Positions 10,648 through 20,345 of a stretch of 64,000 nucleotides of DNA are shown in pieces. The notes under the pieces were generated by a model that ran no database searches, was not told the DNA's origin, and saw nothing but the letters and a program-made list of their open reading frames with translations. The stretch spans positions 10,655 to 74,654 of the forward strand of contig JAZOWN010000037.1 of assembly GCA_045659245.1 (NCBI GenBank). Direction: 5' to 3'. The translations under genes were made by a program, and so were the position numbers. The DNA is from Eubacteriales bacterium (GTDB lineage: Bacteria > Bacillota > Clostridia > Oscillospirales > CAG-272). How positions within the stretch are numbered: the first letter of the stretch is position 1; every line of letters starts with the position of its first letter.

Positions 10648-11373
10648 ATGAAAATTACATTTGTAGGCACATCTCACGGAGTTCCGGTGAAAAACAGATT
10701 TTGCGCTTGCATGATGCTCGAGTCGGGCGGCGCCGTATATTTTATCGACGCAGGAGCGCCGATGATAGATTTTATGCTCAAAAACGACAAGAGCATAAAT
10801 GATCTGAGGGCGGTATTTACTACTCACGTCCATAGCGATCATACCATTGGCATAGTACATCTTGCCGACCTTATGAATTGGTACTATAAGGACTCAAGGG
10901 CTGAATTTTTCATTACCGAGCAGGAGCATATTGACGCGACCGCAAGGTGGATATATACGTCGGGAGACGGACATATCGACACGGAGCGCCTGAAGTTCAA
11001 GATACCCGAGGCGGGCGTCGTTTACAGTGACGAAAACATAAGCGTCGAATATATACCCGTCGGCCACATGAAAAACTCTTATGCGATACTTGTCAGAGAG
11101 GGAGAGAAGCGCGTGCTTTTCGGCGGAGACATGTCTCACGGGCTCAGAAAGGGCGATATGCCAAGCGTGATCAAGGAGGATATAGACGGATTTGTCTCGG
11201 AGCTTGCTCATTTTACCATGGACGAGCTTCGTCCGCATCTTGATACGTGTCGGGCAAAGAGAGTGTTCTTTATACACGTAAAGCCTGCGCGCTACGCCGA
11301 TATTGAGAGCGTAAAGGGAAAGTATCCCTTTGAAATACTGACACCCGACGACGGCGACAGCTTTGAAATTTAA
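10648..11373 (+). CDS. MBL-fold metallo-hydrolase (RNase Z-like)
   Basis: GTSHGVP, IDAG and THVHSDH motifs. Confidence 0.85.
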   Translation: MKITFVGTSHGVPVKNRFCACMMLESGGAVYFIDAGAPMIDFMLKNDKSINDLRAVFTTHVHSDHTIGIVHLADLMNWYYKDSRAEFFITEQEHIDATARWIYTSGDGHIDTERLKFKIPEAGVVYSDENISVEYIPVGHMKNSYAILVREGEKRVLFGGDMSHGLRKGDMPSVIKEDIDGFVSELAHFTMDELRPHLDTCRAKRVFFIHVKPARYADIESVKGKYPFEILTPDDGDSFEI

Positions 11374-11374
11374 A

Positions 11375-12190
11375 TTACCGTACCTCTTTTCTGTACCGAC
11401 TCGGTGAGATCCCCTTTGCTTCCTTGAATACCTTGCAAAAATAAGGAGTGGAGTTAAATCCGCACCGAACGGCTATCTGCGAAAGCGGAAGATTGCTCGT
11501 TCTTAGCAGCTCACACGCCGCACGTATTTTTATGGTGTTCAGGTAAGAGATAAACGAGACTTCCATGTGCTCCTTGAAAAGGTGGCACAGATAGTATTTT
11601 GAAATGTAGAATTTACTTGCTATCTCGTCCATGCTCGAGATGTACTGATAATTTTCGTTTACGTATTTTATTATCATTGACATTCGGTTGTCCTCGGGAA
11701 TGGCAGGTCTGTATATGTTTTGCGAGGTATAGAGCAAAAAGAGTATCTGGAGAAGATATTTTACGAGCAAGAGCTCGTCTGCGTACTGAGGCTGCTTTTG
11801 CTGTCTTAGGTATTCCGAATGAAGCTTGTTAAACAGCTCGCTGAGCTGTGCGTCGGTGCTTGCGTCTCCGTGGAAAACGAGCGGAGCTTTTCCAAGCAGC
11901 TTGTCGCGCATAAGCGGCTGAATGTATTTGTTTATAAACGACGGCTTAAAATATATGAGAAATCGCGAGGCGCGTTTTCTGTCGGTGCGGTGAACGGCAT
12001 CGACGGGGATAAATACAAGGTCGGATTTCGATATTTTGTAAAAAGTATCTCCTATGAGATAGTCGTGCTCGCCCTCGATCGCATAGCAAAGCTGATATGC
12101 ATGGTGATAGTGCATGTCCGTTTGCAGAACTGCCAAGGGGGAGAGCTCTATTTTAAAATCTGCCGTTGGTGTGTAAAGTGCGTTTGACAT
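11375..12190 (-). CDS. AraC family transcriptional regulator
   Basis: N-terminal cupin (MHYHH) and C-terminal double HTH (CGFNSTPYFCKVFK...GISP). Confidence 0.93.
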   Translation of the reverse strand: MSNALYTPTADFKIELSPLAVLQTDMHYHHAYQLCYAIEGEHDYLIGDTFYKISKSDLVFIPVDAVHRTDRKRASRFLIYFKPSFINKYIQPLMRDKLLGKAPLVFHGDASTDAQLSELFNKLHSEYLRQQKQPQYADELLLVKYLLQILFLLYTSQNIYRPAIPEDNRMSMIIKYVNENYQYISSMDEIASKFYISKYYLCHLFKEHMEVSFISYLNTIKIRAACELLRTSNLPLSQIAVRCGFNSTPYFCKVFKEAKGISPSRYRKEVR

Positions 12191-12461
12191 TATTACCTCC
12201 GTCTTGCGTTATGTAAGTATTATACACTGAATTTAAAAATATTGCAATACATCGCGGCTCAAAATATTAAATTTCTGTGAAAAACCCTAAAAATAGGCAA
12301 AAACAGAGCAATATATTTAAATTTTGTGCGATTTTCGTAAAAAATTGAAAACGCCCAAAAACAGCAATATATTATAACAAATCTGCGCAATACGGCAATA
12401 AAATTAAACTATTTTGTAAAAAAATATGGTAGAATATATTTTAGTTGAAGGGAGGATAACT

Positions 12462-12563
12462 ATGGAAGGTAAGACTTATTCCGCGCCCGAACTAACGATT
12501 GAGATGAACGAGCATGCGATGTTTTTGAGAAGCTCGGACGACAATTGGACGGGATATTATTGA
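12462..12563 (+). CDS. Small 33-aa peptide MEGKTYSAPELTIEMNEHAMFLRSSDDNWTGYY
   Basis: Strong GGGAGG RBS upstream; fills the gap before the OYE gene; absent from the ORF track. Confidence 0.6.
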   Translation: MEGKTYSAPELTIEMNEHAMFLRSSDDNWTGYY

Positions 12564-12577
12564 TTGGTGGTGAAGAA

Positions 12578-13783
12578 ATGTTAGAAAAAGAGTATTTACT
12601 TAACGGAAGAACTATTGCAAACAGAGTTGTGTTTCAGCCTATGGAGGGATGTGACTGCAATCCCGACGGCTCGCCGAGCGAGCTGACCATAGCAAAATAC
12701 AAGAAGGCGGCTGCATCGGGAGCCGGTATCGTTTGGTTTGAGGCGAATGCGGTCTGCCCCGAGGGCAGGACTAATGCAGGTCAGATGCGTCTTACCAAGG
12801 AAAACATGGACGCGTTCAAGGCGCTTCTTGGTGAAATGAGAGAGATCGCAGAGAGAGAGACGGGCATTCGCCAGTTTTTCGTGCTCCAGCTTACCCATTC
12901 GGGTAGACAGAGCATCGTTCCGATGATCGCTTACCGTAACTCGGTTTATGAGGAAAAGCGCCCTGTCACTGATGAAAACATCGTAAGTGACGAGTATCTT
13001 GATACTCTCCCCGCACTTTTCGCAAACAGTGCGCTTCTTGCAATTGAAGCGGGCTTTGACGCGGTTGACGTCAAGGCGTGTCACGGCTATCTTATGGCTG
13101 AGATGCTTTCCGCGTTTAACCGAGAGGGAAGATACGGCGGCAGCTTTGAGAACAGAACGAGACTTTATTTCAACTGCGCAAGAGAGGTCAAGAAGGCGAT
13201 CGGAGACAAAATTGCTATGGTTGCAAGAGTCGGACTTTCGGATATGGTCGCAAAGCCCAACGGCTTCGGAACGACCGAGCAGAACGAGCTTGACCTTACC
13301 GAGAGCGATATGCTGGTAGAGGGACTTATTGATTGTGGCATAGAGATGCTGAACGTTACAATAGGTAATCCCTATTACAATCCCCATATCAACAGGCCGT
13401 TTAAGCGCGGAGCTTATACTCCCCCCGAAGCTCCCGAGGTGGGACTTGCTCGCTTTGTTGCCGTGCAAAAGCACCTCAAGGAAAAGTTCCCCTCACTTCC
13501 CGTTGTCGGCAGCGGACTTTCCTACTACCGCAAGGAGCTTATGGACGTGTCCGAGGCTTGGGTAAGGGACGGTGTTTGTGACTTCGTAGGCTACGGACGA
13601 GTTTCTCTTGCATACCCCGAGCTTTACAGAGATTACGCAGACGGAAAATTCGATTATAAAAAGTGCTGTGTGGCTTGCTCTAAGTGCACCGAGCTTATGA
13701 GAGCAAAGTGCGTATCGGGCTGCGCTGTATTCAACTCTTATTATAAAAAACTTTACGAGGAGAAGGTATTATGCAAAAAATAG
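12578..13783 (+). CDS. NADH:flavin oxidoreductase (Old Yellow Enzyme family) with C-terminal Cys cluster
   Basis: QPMEG, QLTHSGR, CHGYL, YGGSFENR and CVACSKC motifs. Confidence 0.88.
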   Translation: MLEKEYLLNGRTIANRVVFQPMEGCDCNPDGSPSELTIAKYKKAAASGAGIVWFEANAVCPEGRTNAGQMRLTKENMDAFKALLGEMREIAERETGIRQFFVLQLTHSGRQSIVPMIAYRNSVYEEKRPVTDENIVSDEYLDTLPALFANSALLAIEAGFDAVDVKACHGYLMAEMLSAFNREGRYGGSFENRTRLYFNCAREVKKAIGDKIAMVARVGLSDMVAKPNGFGTTEQNELDLTESDMLVEGLIDCGIEMLNVTIGNPYYNPHINRPFKRGAYTPPEAPEVGLARFVAVQKHLKEKFPSLPVVGSGLSYYRKELMDVSEAWVRDGVCDFVGYGRVSLAYPELYRDYADGKFDYKKCCVACSKCTELMRAKCVSGCAVFNSYYKKLYEEKVLCKK

Positions 13784-14505
13784 CATTGGTTACAGGTTCA
13801 TATCAGGGAATAGGAAACGGTATTGCCGTAGCTCTTGAAAAGGTAGGATATACGGTTATTTATTCCGACGTATTTCCGAGCATGGACGTAGAGAATTATT
13901 GCAGATGTGACATATCAAAGGCAGAGGACAGAGAGGCGCTTGCTGCATACATAGACGAAAAGTTCGGCAGACTCGATCTGCTTGTCAACAATGCAGGTGT
14001 TGCATGCAAGGTAAGACTTGATATACTCGAGACCACCGAGGAGAGCTTTGACAGGGTTGTCGGCATAAACACCAAGGGAACGTTCTTTATGTGCCAGACC
14101 TTTGCAAATCTTATGATCAAATATCTTGATAAGGGAATGGAAAATTATATTCCCCGCATTGTCAACATTGCTTCGAACTCGAGCTATACCTCGAGCGTTT
14201 CTCGCGGTGAATACTGCATTTCCAAGGCGGGTGTTTCTATGATCACCACCCTCTTTGCTGACAAGCTTGCCGAGTACGGCATTCCCGTTTTTGAGGTTCG
14301 CCCCGGCATTATCAAGACACCCATGACCGAGGTCGTAACGGCAAAGTACGACAAGCTCATCGCAGAGGGCATTACTCCCATTAAGCGTTGGGGTACTCCC
14401 GAGGACGTTGCAAACTGCGTAATTGCGGCTGCAAGCGGACTGCTTGATTTCGGTACGGGAACTGTTCTCAACGCAGACGGCGGATTCCATATTCGCAGAC
14501 TCTGA
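13771..14505 (+). CDS. Short-chain dehydrogenase/reductase (3-ketoacyl-ACP reductase-like)
   Basis: TGxxxGIG, NNAG and YCISK motifs. Confidence 0.9.
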   Translation: MQKIALVTGSYQGIGNGIAVALEKVGYTVIYSDVFPSMDVENYCRCDISKAEDREALAAYIDEKFGRLDLLVNNAGVACKVRLDILETTEESFDRVVGINTKGTFFMCQTFANLMIKYLDKGMENYIPRIVNIASNSSYTSSVSRGEYCISKAGVSMITTLFADKLAEYGIPVFEVRPGIIKTPMTEVVTAKYDKLIAEGITPIKRWGTPEDVANCVIAAASGLLDFGTGTVLNADGGFHIRRL

Positions 14506-14530
14506 TAGGATCCGAAAGAAAAGGAAAAAT

Positions 14531-16408
14531 ATGAAAACATACGATTTTGATGCGGTCGTAATAGGTACGGGCTGTGCGGGCTATAACTGCGCGGACTGGC
14601 TTTACGACCTCGGATACAAAAATATTGCGATCATGACCGAGCGCAAAAATGCGGGAACGTCGAGAAATACGGGAAGCGACAAGCAGACCTATTATAAGCT
14701 TTCGCTCGCGGGCGACGAGGGTGACAGCGTTATGAATATGGCAGAAACGCTTTTCGGCGGCGGAGCTATGGACGGCGACGTTGCTCTTTGCGAGGCGGCA
14801 AACTCGGCAAAGTGCTTTATGAAGCTTGCAAACCTCGGCGTACAGTTTCCTACCAACGACTACGGCGAGTACGTCGGCTACAAGACCGACCACGATCCTT
14901 ATTGCAGAGCGACCTCGATAGGACCTTACACCTCAAAGAAGATGACAGAGGTGCTTGAGGAGTCCGTTTTGAAAAAGGGAATTACTATCCTTGACAACGC
15001 ACAGGCAATAAGCATACTTACCGATAACGGAGCTGTTACGGGCGTTCTTGCTATCAATAACCGAATGAAGGACGGCGTTGAGTATCTCGCGGTTCGTGCG
15101 CCTCACGTCGTGCTTGCGACAGGTGGCCCTGCGGCTATTTATGCCGACAACGTATACCCTCTCTCTCATACGGGAAACTCCTCTCTTGCTCTTGAAGCGG
15201 GAGCGGATTTCTCTAACCTTTCGGAGTGGCAGTACGGACTTGCGTCTACCGATTTCCGTTGGAACGTATCGGGCACGTATCAGCAGGTATTGCCCAAGTA
15301 CATTTCCATCGACAAGGACGGGGTAGAGAGAGAATTCTTGAAAGACTATTTTGAAAACCCCTCGGATATGCTCAAAAACATATTCCTCAAAGGATACGAG
15401 TGGCCCTTTGACGTTCGTAAGATACACGGCTCGTCCTATATAGATCTGCTCGTTTATCGCGAGAGCGCGATACTTGGCAGAGATGTTTATATGGACTTCA
15501 GATACGAGCCTTGGGGACTTGAGAACGGCTTTGACGTTCTTGACGAGGTGTCCTACAACTACCTCAAGAACTCCGATGCTCTGCTTCCTTTGCCTATCGA
15601 AAGACTTCGCAAGATGAATCCGAGAGCCATCTCGCTTTATCTTGACCACGGAATCGATATAACCAAGGAGCCCTTGAAGGTTGCCGTTTGCGCTCAGCAC
15701 AACAACGGTGGCGTGCGCATTGACTCCAATTGGCAGACTAACGTAACGGGACTTTACACCGCAGGTGAGGCTGCGGGAAGCCTCGGTATCTTCCGTCCGG
15801 GCGGAAGCGCACTCAACTCCTGCCAGGTCGGCAGCATGAGAGCGGCTGAGCATATCGTATATCAGAGCAAAAATACCGTGTCCGAGAATTTCGACGCTAT
15901 CGTAAAGGCAACGGTCGACACGGCGAACGAGCTTATCGAGAAGACTAAGTCAGATACCTCGACTCTTAAGGCTATGCGTAACCGCTACGGCAAGAGAATG
16001 AGCCGTGACTTTGCTTTCCTTCGCGACATTTCGGTAATGAGCGCTTCGATAGAGGAAATAGGCTCGGATATAGACAGCTTCACCGAGGATAACCTTTGGA
16101 AGGAATATTCCGAGATCCCCGCGCTGTTTAAGAACCTCGATATAATCCGTATGCAGGAGGCGGTTGCGGCAACTATTCTTTATACCGCCAAGGAGTTCGG
16201 CTCTCGCGGATCGGGATACGTGCTTGACGGCACTGACTTTATGGATAGACTCCCCGTTGCGGAAAACACGGACGGCAGAGGCAAGATCGTTACGGTCAAC
16301 AAGAGTGAGGGCATAAGCGCTCGCTGCGTTCCCGTAAGACCTATCCCTACGGATAGAGACCTGTGGTTTGAGCGAGTCTGGAATAAGTACATCTCGATAA
16401 GAGGATAA
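14531..16408 (+). CDS. FAD-binding oxidoreductase (SdhA/NadB flavoprotein-like)
   Basis: VVIGTGCAG, LATGG, HNNGG and GLYTAGE motifs. Confidence 0.8.
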   Translation: MKTYDFDAVVIGTGCAGYNCADWLYDLGYKNIAIMTERKNAGTSRNTGSDKQTYYKLSLAGDEGDSVMNMAETLFGGGAMDGDVALCEAANSAKCFMKLANLGVQFPTNDYGEYVGYKTDHDPYCRATSIGPYTSKKMTEVLEESVLKKGITILDNAQAISILTDNGAVTGVLAINNRMKDGVEYLAVRAPHVVLATGGPAAIYADNVYPLSHTGNSSLALEAGADFSNLSEWQYGLASTDFRWNVSGTYQQVLPKYISIDKDGVEREFLKDYFENPSDMLKNIFLKGYEWPFDVRKIHGSSYIDLLVYRESAILGRDVYMDFRYEPWGLENGFDVLDEVSYNYLKNSDALLPLPIERLRKMNPRAISLYLDHGIDITKEPLKVAVCAQHNNGGVRIDSNWQTNVTGLYTAGEAAGSLGIFRPGGSALNSCQVGSMRAAEHIVYQSKNTVSENFDAIVKATVDTANELIEKTKSDTSTLKAMRNRYGKRMSRDFAFLRDISVMSASIEEIGSDIDSFTEDNLWKEYSEIPALFKNLDIIRMQEAVAATILYTAKEFGSRGSGYVLDGTDFMDRLPVAENTDGRGKIVTVNKSEGISARCVPVRPIPTDRDLWFERVWNKYISIRG

Positions 16409-16483
16409 TTTCTCATTTAACAAGATATATACTGTTGAAAGCCCACGTCCCTCGGGACGTGGGTATCACAGAATGGAGGTAAA

Positions 16484-18388
16484 ATGCTGACTTCTCCCTA
16501 TAAAAAGCCGTATATAACGCCCCCCTCTGAGCACCCGAGGCTAATGGTAAGGCGAGCAGATATAAAAAGAATAAGAGAGAATTTTGAACGCGAGGAGTGC
16601 CGAGAGGCAGTTGCTCTTTGGCGCGAGCTTTGCGAGATGGAGGTGCTTTGTAAGGGGGCTGACCCCGAATACGGCACGTACGATCTCGTCGAATATCTCG
16701 CGGTTGAGGCGAAGGCGCTAAAAGCCCTTTTGTCGGGCGAGGAGAGGGACGCGAGAGCGGCGATCGACGACGCGGTGCTTCTGCTTAAGAATTCCGAATT
16801 TGACAAGGGCATTATGAAGGCGCGCTGGAGCGGACATCTTATATTCGTTTGCTCCGAGGTCTACGACTGGTGCTACTCTTACCTTACGGACGAGGAAAAG
16901 GAGCTTATAGTTACAAGATGCGAGGCTATGGCAGAGAAGTATTTCGAGATGGGATACCCCCCTGCACAGCAGGCGGCTATAAGCGGACACGGCGGTGAGG
17001 CGCAGCTTTTGCGCGACTTGCTTTCTCTTGGTATCGCCACATACGACGAGCGCCCCGATATTTACGATTTCTGTGCGGGAAGAATTATAGACGAGTACGT
17101 TCCGTCCTACGACTTTATGTTCTCGGGCGGCTATCACCATCAAGGTCCTGCGTACGGCTCGTACAGATACACCTGCCTTTTGTGGGGAGAGCTTTTGCTT
17201 TACTCCATGAGCGGCAAAAAGGTATTTACCGATAAGCTCGGCGAGCTTGCACAGAGCTTTTTGTACCTTACCCGTTCCGACAGAGAGGCGGTAAGAATAG
17301 GTGACGATTTCTTTGAAACCAAGGCGCCTTACACGAGAAAGGCTCCCTTTGCGATGCCTATGTTCTTTGCGTGGGCTTACACGGGAGAGGAGAGATACAA
17401 GAACGTCTTCCTTAAGGGCCTTGACAGAGAATATCTCGTTCCCACTCACAGAGGAATAGATTACTATATAGGCGGCTCTTACGGTGAGGGGCTTTTCTCG
17501 CCTGCGGTTTACCTCATATGGAACGCTCTTACACCGATGAAAAAGGAAAAGCCTCTGCCTCCTTACAAGTATTTCGGCTCTCCTAACGGTATTACCGTCT
17601 GGAACGACGGAGAGCGAGTTGTGCTTATGAAGATGGGCGAGCTTTGGGGCTCTAACCACGATCACCTTGATACGGGCTGCTTCCAGGTATACTGCGGCGG
17701 CGCGCTTGCGAGCGATTCTGGTGTTTATGATAGTTACGGTACATTTCATAGAAGAGATTATACGACAAGAACGGTGGCGCACAACTGCTTGACTGTGTTT
17801 GATCCCGAAAAGCCTCTCAATGGAGAATGGCGCGTGGACGCGCCGTACGACGGCGGAACAAGACGTCCGCGCAGCGCAAAAGAGCCCAGTACACTTGCAG
17901 AGTGGCAGGCAGATTACAAAATGGCAACAGTGCTGTCTCACATCGAGAGCGAGGAGCTTTGCGAGATAGTTGGTGATATGAGCGAGGCTTATTGCCACAC
18001 CTGCGATAAGGTAGTAAGAAGCATGCGCTGGGAGCCTACGCGCGGTGACTACGGTATTCTGACGGTCCACGATTATGTCAGCGCAAAATCCGAGGATTTT
18101 ACAAAGACGTTTAATATACACTCGCTTACCGAGCCGAGACTCATTGATAACGGCGTGGTTATCGAAAACGAAGATTACGCGCTTGTTTGCCGAGTTCTTG
18201 CGCCCCTGAATGCGAAGATCGAGCTTGTGGGCGGCGAGGGACGTGAGTTCTTCATTGACGGCGCAAATCGCGATACCAAAGCAAAGAAAGACACCGAGTG
18301 TGGCTGGGGCAGAGTTTGCGTGATCGATCAAAGCAAGAGCAAAGAGACGGAATTTACCGTTGAGATGGAAATCGTCAAAAAGAAATAA
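16484..18388 (+). CDS. Heparinase II/III-like polysaccharide lyase
   Basis: GHGGE, HQGxxYxxYR, NHDHLDxGxF and AHN motifs typical of heparinase II. Confidence 0.8.
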   Translation: MLTSPYKKPYITPPSEHPRLMVRRADIKRIRENFEREECREAVALWRELCEMEVLCKGADPEYGTYDLVEYLAVEAKALKALLSGEERDARAAIDDAVLLLKNSEFDKGIMKARWSGHLIFVCSEVYDWCYSYLTDEEKELIVTRCEAMAEKYFEMGYPPAQQAAISGHGGEAQLLRDLLSLGIATYDERPDIYDFCAGRIIDEYVPSYDFMFSGGYHHQGPAYGSYRYTCLLWGELLLYSMSGKKVFTDKLGELAQSFLYLTRSDREAVRIGDDFFETKAPYTRKAPFAMPMFFAWAYTGEERYKNVFLKGLDREYLVPTHRGIDYYIGGSYGEGLFSPAVYLIWNALTPMKKEKPLPPYKYFGSPNGITVWNDGERVVLMKMGELWGSNHDHLDTGCFQVYCGGALASDSGVYDSYGTFHRRDYTTRTVAHNCLTVFDPEKPLNGEWRVDAPYDGGTRRPRSAKEPSTLAEWQADYKMATVLSHIESEELCEIVGDMSEAYCHTCDKVVRSMRWEPTRGDYGILTVHDYVSAKSEDFTKTFNIHSLTEPRLIDNGVVIENEDYALVCRVLAPLNAKIELVGGEGREFFIDGANRDTKAKKDTECGWGRVCVIDQSKSKETEFTVEMEIVKKK

Positions 18389-18403
18389 CAAAGGGAGACT
18401 CTT

Positions 18404-19054
18404 ATGAGAATACTTTTTATAGGTGACAGCATCACAGATGCCGATCGTGACAGAAGAAATTATCATGATCTTGGACGCGGGTATGCCGTTCGCGCCGCAA
18501 AGCTGCTGACGGATGAGATGCCTGAGCGTGATTTTGAATTTATAAATATGGGTATCAGCGCAAACCGAACGGGACAGCTTTTTGACAGACTTTATGCTGA
18601 TGCGATAGCCTTTCAGCCCGACGTTGTCGTTTTGCTTATCGGTATAAACGACATCGGCAGACGCTATAAGAAGGGAGACAAGCATATCGAGACCTCGGAC
18701 GAGCAGCTCGAGCTTAACTACCGCTCGATACTTACACAGCTTCGTAAGCATACAAAGGCAAAGATCCTTATGATGTCTCCGTTTATTCTCGATGCCGATA
18801 TAAGCAAGCTTTTCCCCTTGGCGGACGAGTGTGGAGAGCCTATGCGAACCGACGTGGCAAGGATAGTTCCCACTATCAAGGGACTCTCTGGCGAATATGC
18901 GGACGGATATATTCCGCTTAAAGCGCTGTTTGACGAGGCAATGAAAACACAGCCCGAGCCCTGCTACTATTCTGCTGACGGTATTCACCCCAATGCAAAC
19001 GGAGCAGATTTTATAGCAAGACTGTGCGCTGATAAGCTTAAAACCATAATATAA
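18404..19054 (+). CDS. SGNH/GDSL hydrolase
   Basis: GDSITD, GIND and DGIHP motifs. Confidence 0.92.
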   Translation: MRILFIGDSITDADRDRRNYHDLGRGYAVRAAKLLTDEMPERDFEFINMGISANRTGQLFDRLYADAIAFQPDVVVLLIGINDIGRRYKKGDKHIETSDEQLELNYRSILTQLRKHTKAKILMMSPFILDADISKLFPLADECGEPMRTDVARIVPTIKGLSGEYADGYIPLKALFDEAMKTQPEPCYYSADGIHPNANGADFIARLCADKLKTII

Positions 19055-19203
19055 ATCTTAAAACGGAGATCAAAATGAATGCTTTAAGAATAAACATGCG
19101 TTCCCATGTCCTTCCAGCGTCACACCTTCGAGAATGACGGTGAGCAGAAGATCTGCTATACCGTAGGGGCGGGACAGACGCTTTGCTTCGATTAAGTAAA
19201 TAA

Positions 19204-19238
19204 TAAAAAAACGAGTAGACAGATCTACTCGTTTTTTT
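19204..19238. terminator. Bidirectional intrinsic terminator
   Basis: A-run, CGAGTAGA stem, TCTACTCG, T-run; lies between convergent genes. Confidence 0.8.
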
Positions 19239-19240
19239 AT

Positions 19241-20332
19241 TTAAATCCTGTTTATCTTCTCAAATGCCGCAAGTATTACCTTATCCATGTCGTAATAGCG
19301 GTATTCTCCAAGGCGGCCGCCGAAAATAACGGTTTTCTCATTCTCCGCAAGCTTGCGGTATTTTTCGTAGAGCTTGCCGTTCTTTTGGTCGTTTACGGGA
19401 TAGTATGGCTCGTCGCCCCTCGTCCATTCCGCTGAATATTCTCGGCTTATAACGGTTTTTTGCTGCTTGCCAAAGGCAAAATGCTTGTGCTCAATTATAC
19501 GGGTGTAGGGCGTTTCACTATCTGTATAGTTGACAACGGCGTTGCCCTGATAGTTCTCTGTATCAAGAATTTCGTTCTCAAATCTTACGTTTCTGTATTC
19601 GAGATTTCCGTAGCAGTATTCAAAATAGGAGTCGATAGTGCCGGTATAAACCACAGCTTTCGCAAGCCTTGAAAGATTTTTCCTGCTTTCAAGATAATCA
19701 ACCCCAAGCTTTACTTCAACACCGTCGAGCATACGCTCTACCATAGCGGTGTATCCGCCGACGGGGATACCTTGATAAAGGTCGTCAAAATAGTTGTTGT
19801 CGTAATTAAAGCGGACGGGCAAGCGCTTGATTATAAAGGGCGGCAGGTCTGTGCAGGGCCTGCCCCACTGCTTTTCGGTGTAGCCTTTTATGAGTCTTTC
19901 ATAAATATCCGTGCCGACAAGATTTATTGCTTGCTCCTCGAGATTTTGAGGCTCGTCAACTCTGTGCAACGCCCTTTGCTCATCTATCTTCGCCCGTGCC
20001 TCGGCGGGGGTTATGACTCCCCACATTTTATTAAAGGTGTTCATGTTAAAAGGAAGATTATATATCTCTCCTTTGTAGTTGGCTATGGGAGCGTTTGTGA
20101 ATCTATGGAATTTCGAAAATCGGTTTACGTAATTCCATACATCCTCGTTTGAGGTGTGGAAAATATGAGCGCCGTATACGTGGACGTCGATGTCCTCGAT
20201 CCTTTTTGTATAAATATTGCCAGCAATATGGTCGCGCTTATCGATAACAAGGCATTTTTTGCCCCGCTCGGTCAATATTTGCGCGATCGTTGCGCCGTAA
20301 AGCCCCGCGCCGACTATAAGATGATCGTACAT
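19241..20332 (-). CDS. glf: UDP-galactopyranose mutase
   Basis: VGAGLYG, YGAHIFHT, GYTEKQWG and GRLGEYRYYDMD motifs. Confidence 0.95.
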   Translation of the reverse strand: MYDHLIVGAGLYGATIAQILTERGKKCLVIDKRDHIAGNIYTKRIEDIDVHVYGAHIFHTSNEDVWNYVNRFSKFHRFTNAPIANYKGEIYNLPFNMNTFNKMWGVITPAEARAKIDEQRALHRVDEPQNLEEQAINLVGTDIYERLIKGYTEKQWGRPCTDLPPFIIKRLPVRFNYDNNYFDDLYQGIPVGGYTAMVERMLDGVEVKLGVDYLESRKNLSRLAKAVVYTGTIDSYFEYCYGNLEYRNVRFENEILDTENYQGNAVVNYTDSETPYTRIIEHKHFAFGKQQKTVISREYSAEWTRGDEPYYPVNDQKNGKLYEKYRKLAENEKTVIFGGRLGEYRYYDMDKVILAAFEKINRI

Positions 20333-20345
20333 TGTGTTTCCTCTG

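Noticed and set aside
16718-18988. 756-aa minus-strand ORF and other long antisense ORFs (157-1167, 12596-13474, 14933-15853, 50800-51660)
   Set aside because: These are shadow frames of well-supported genes on the opposite strand and have no recognisable motifs.
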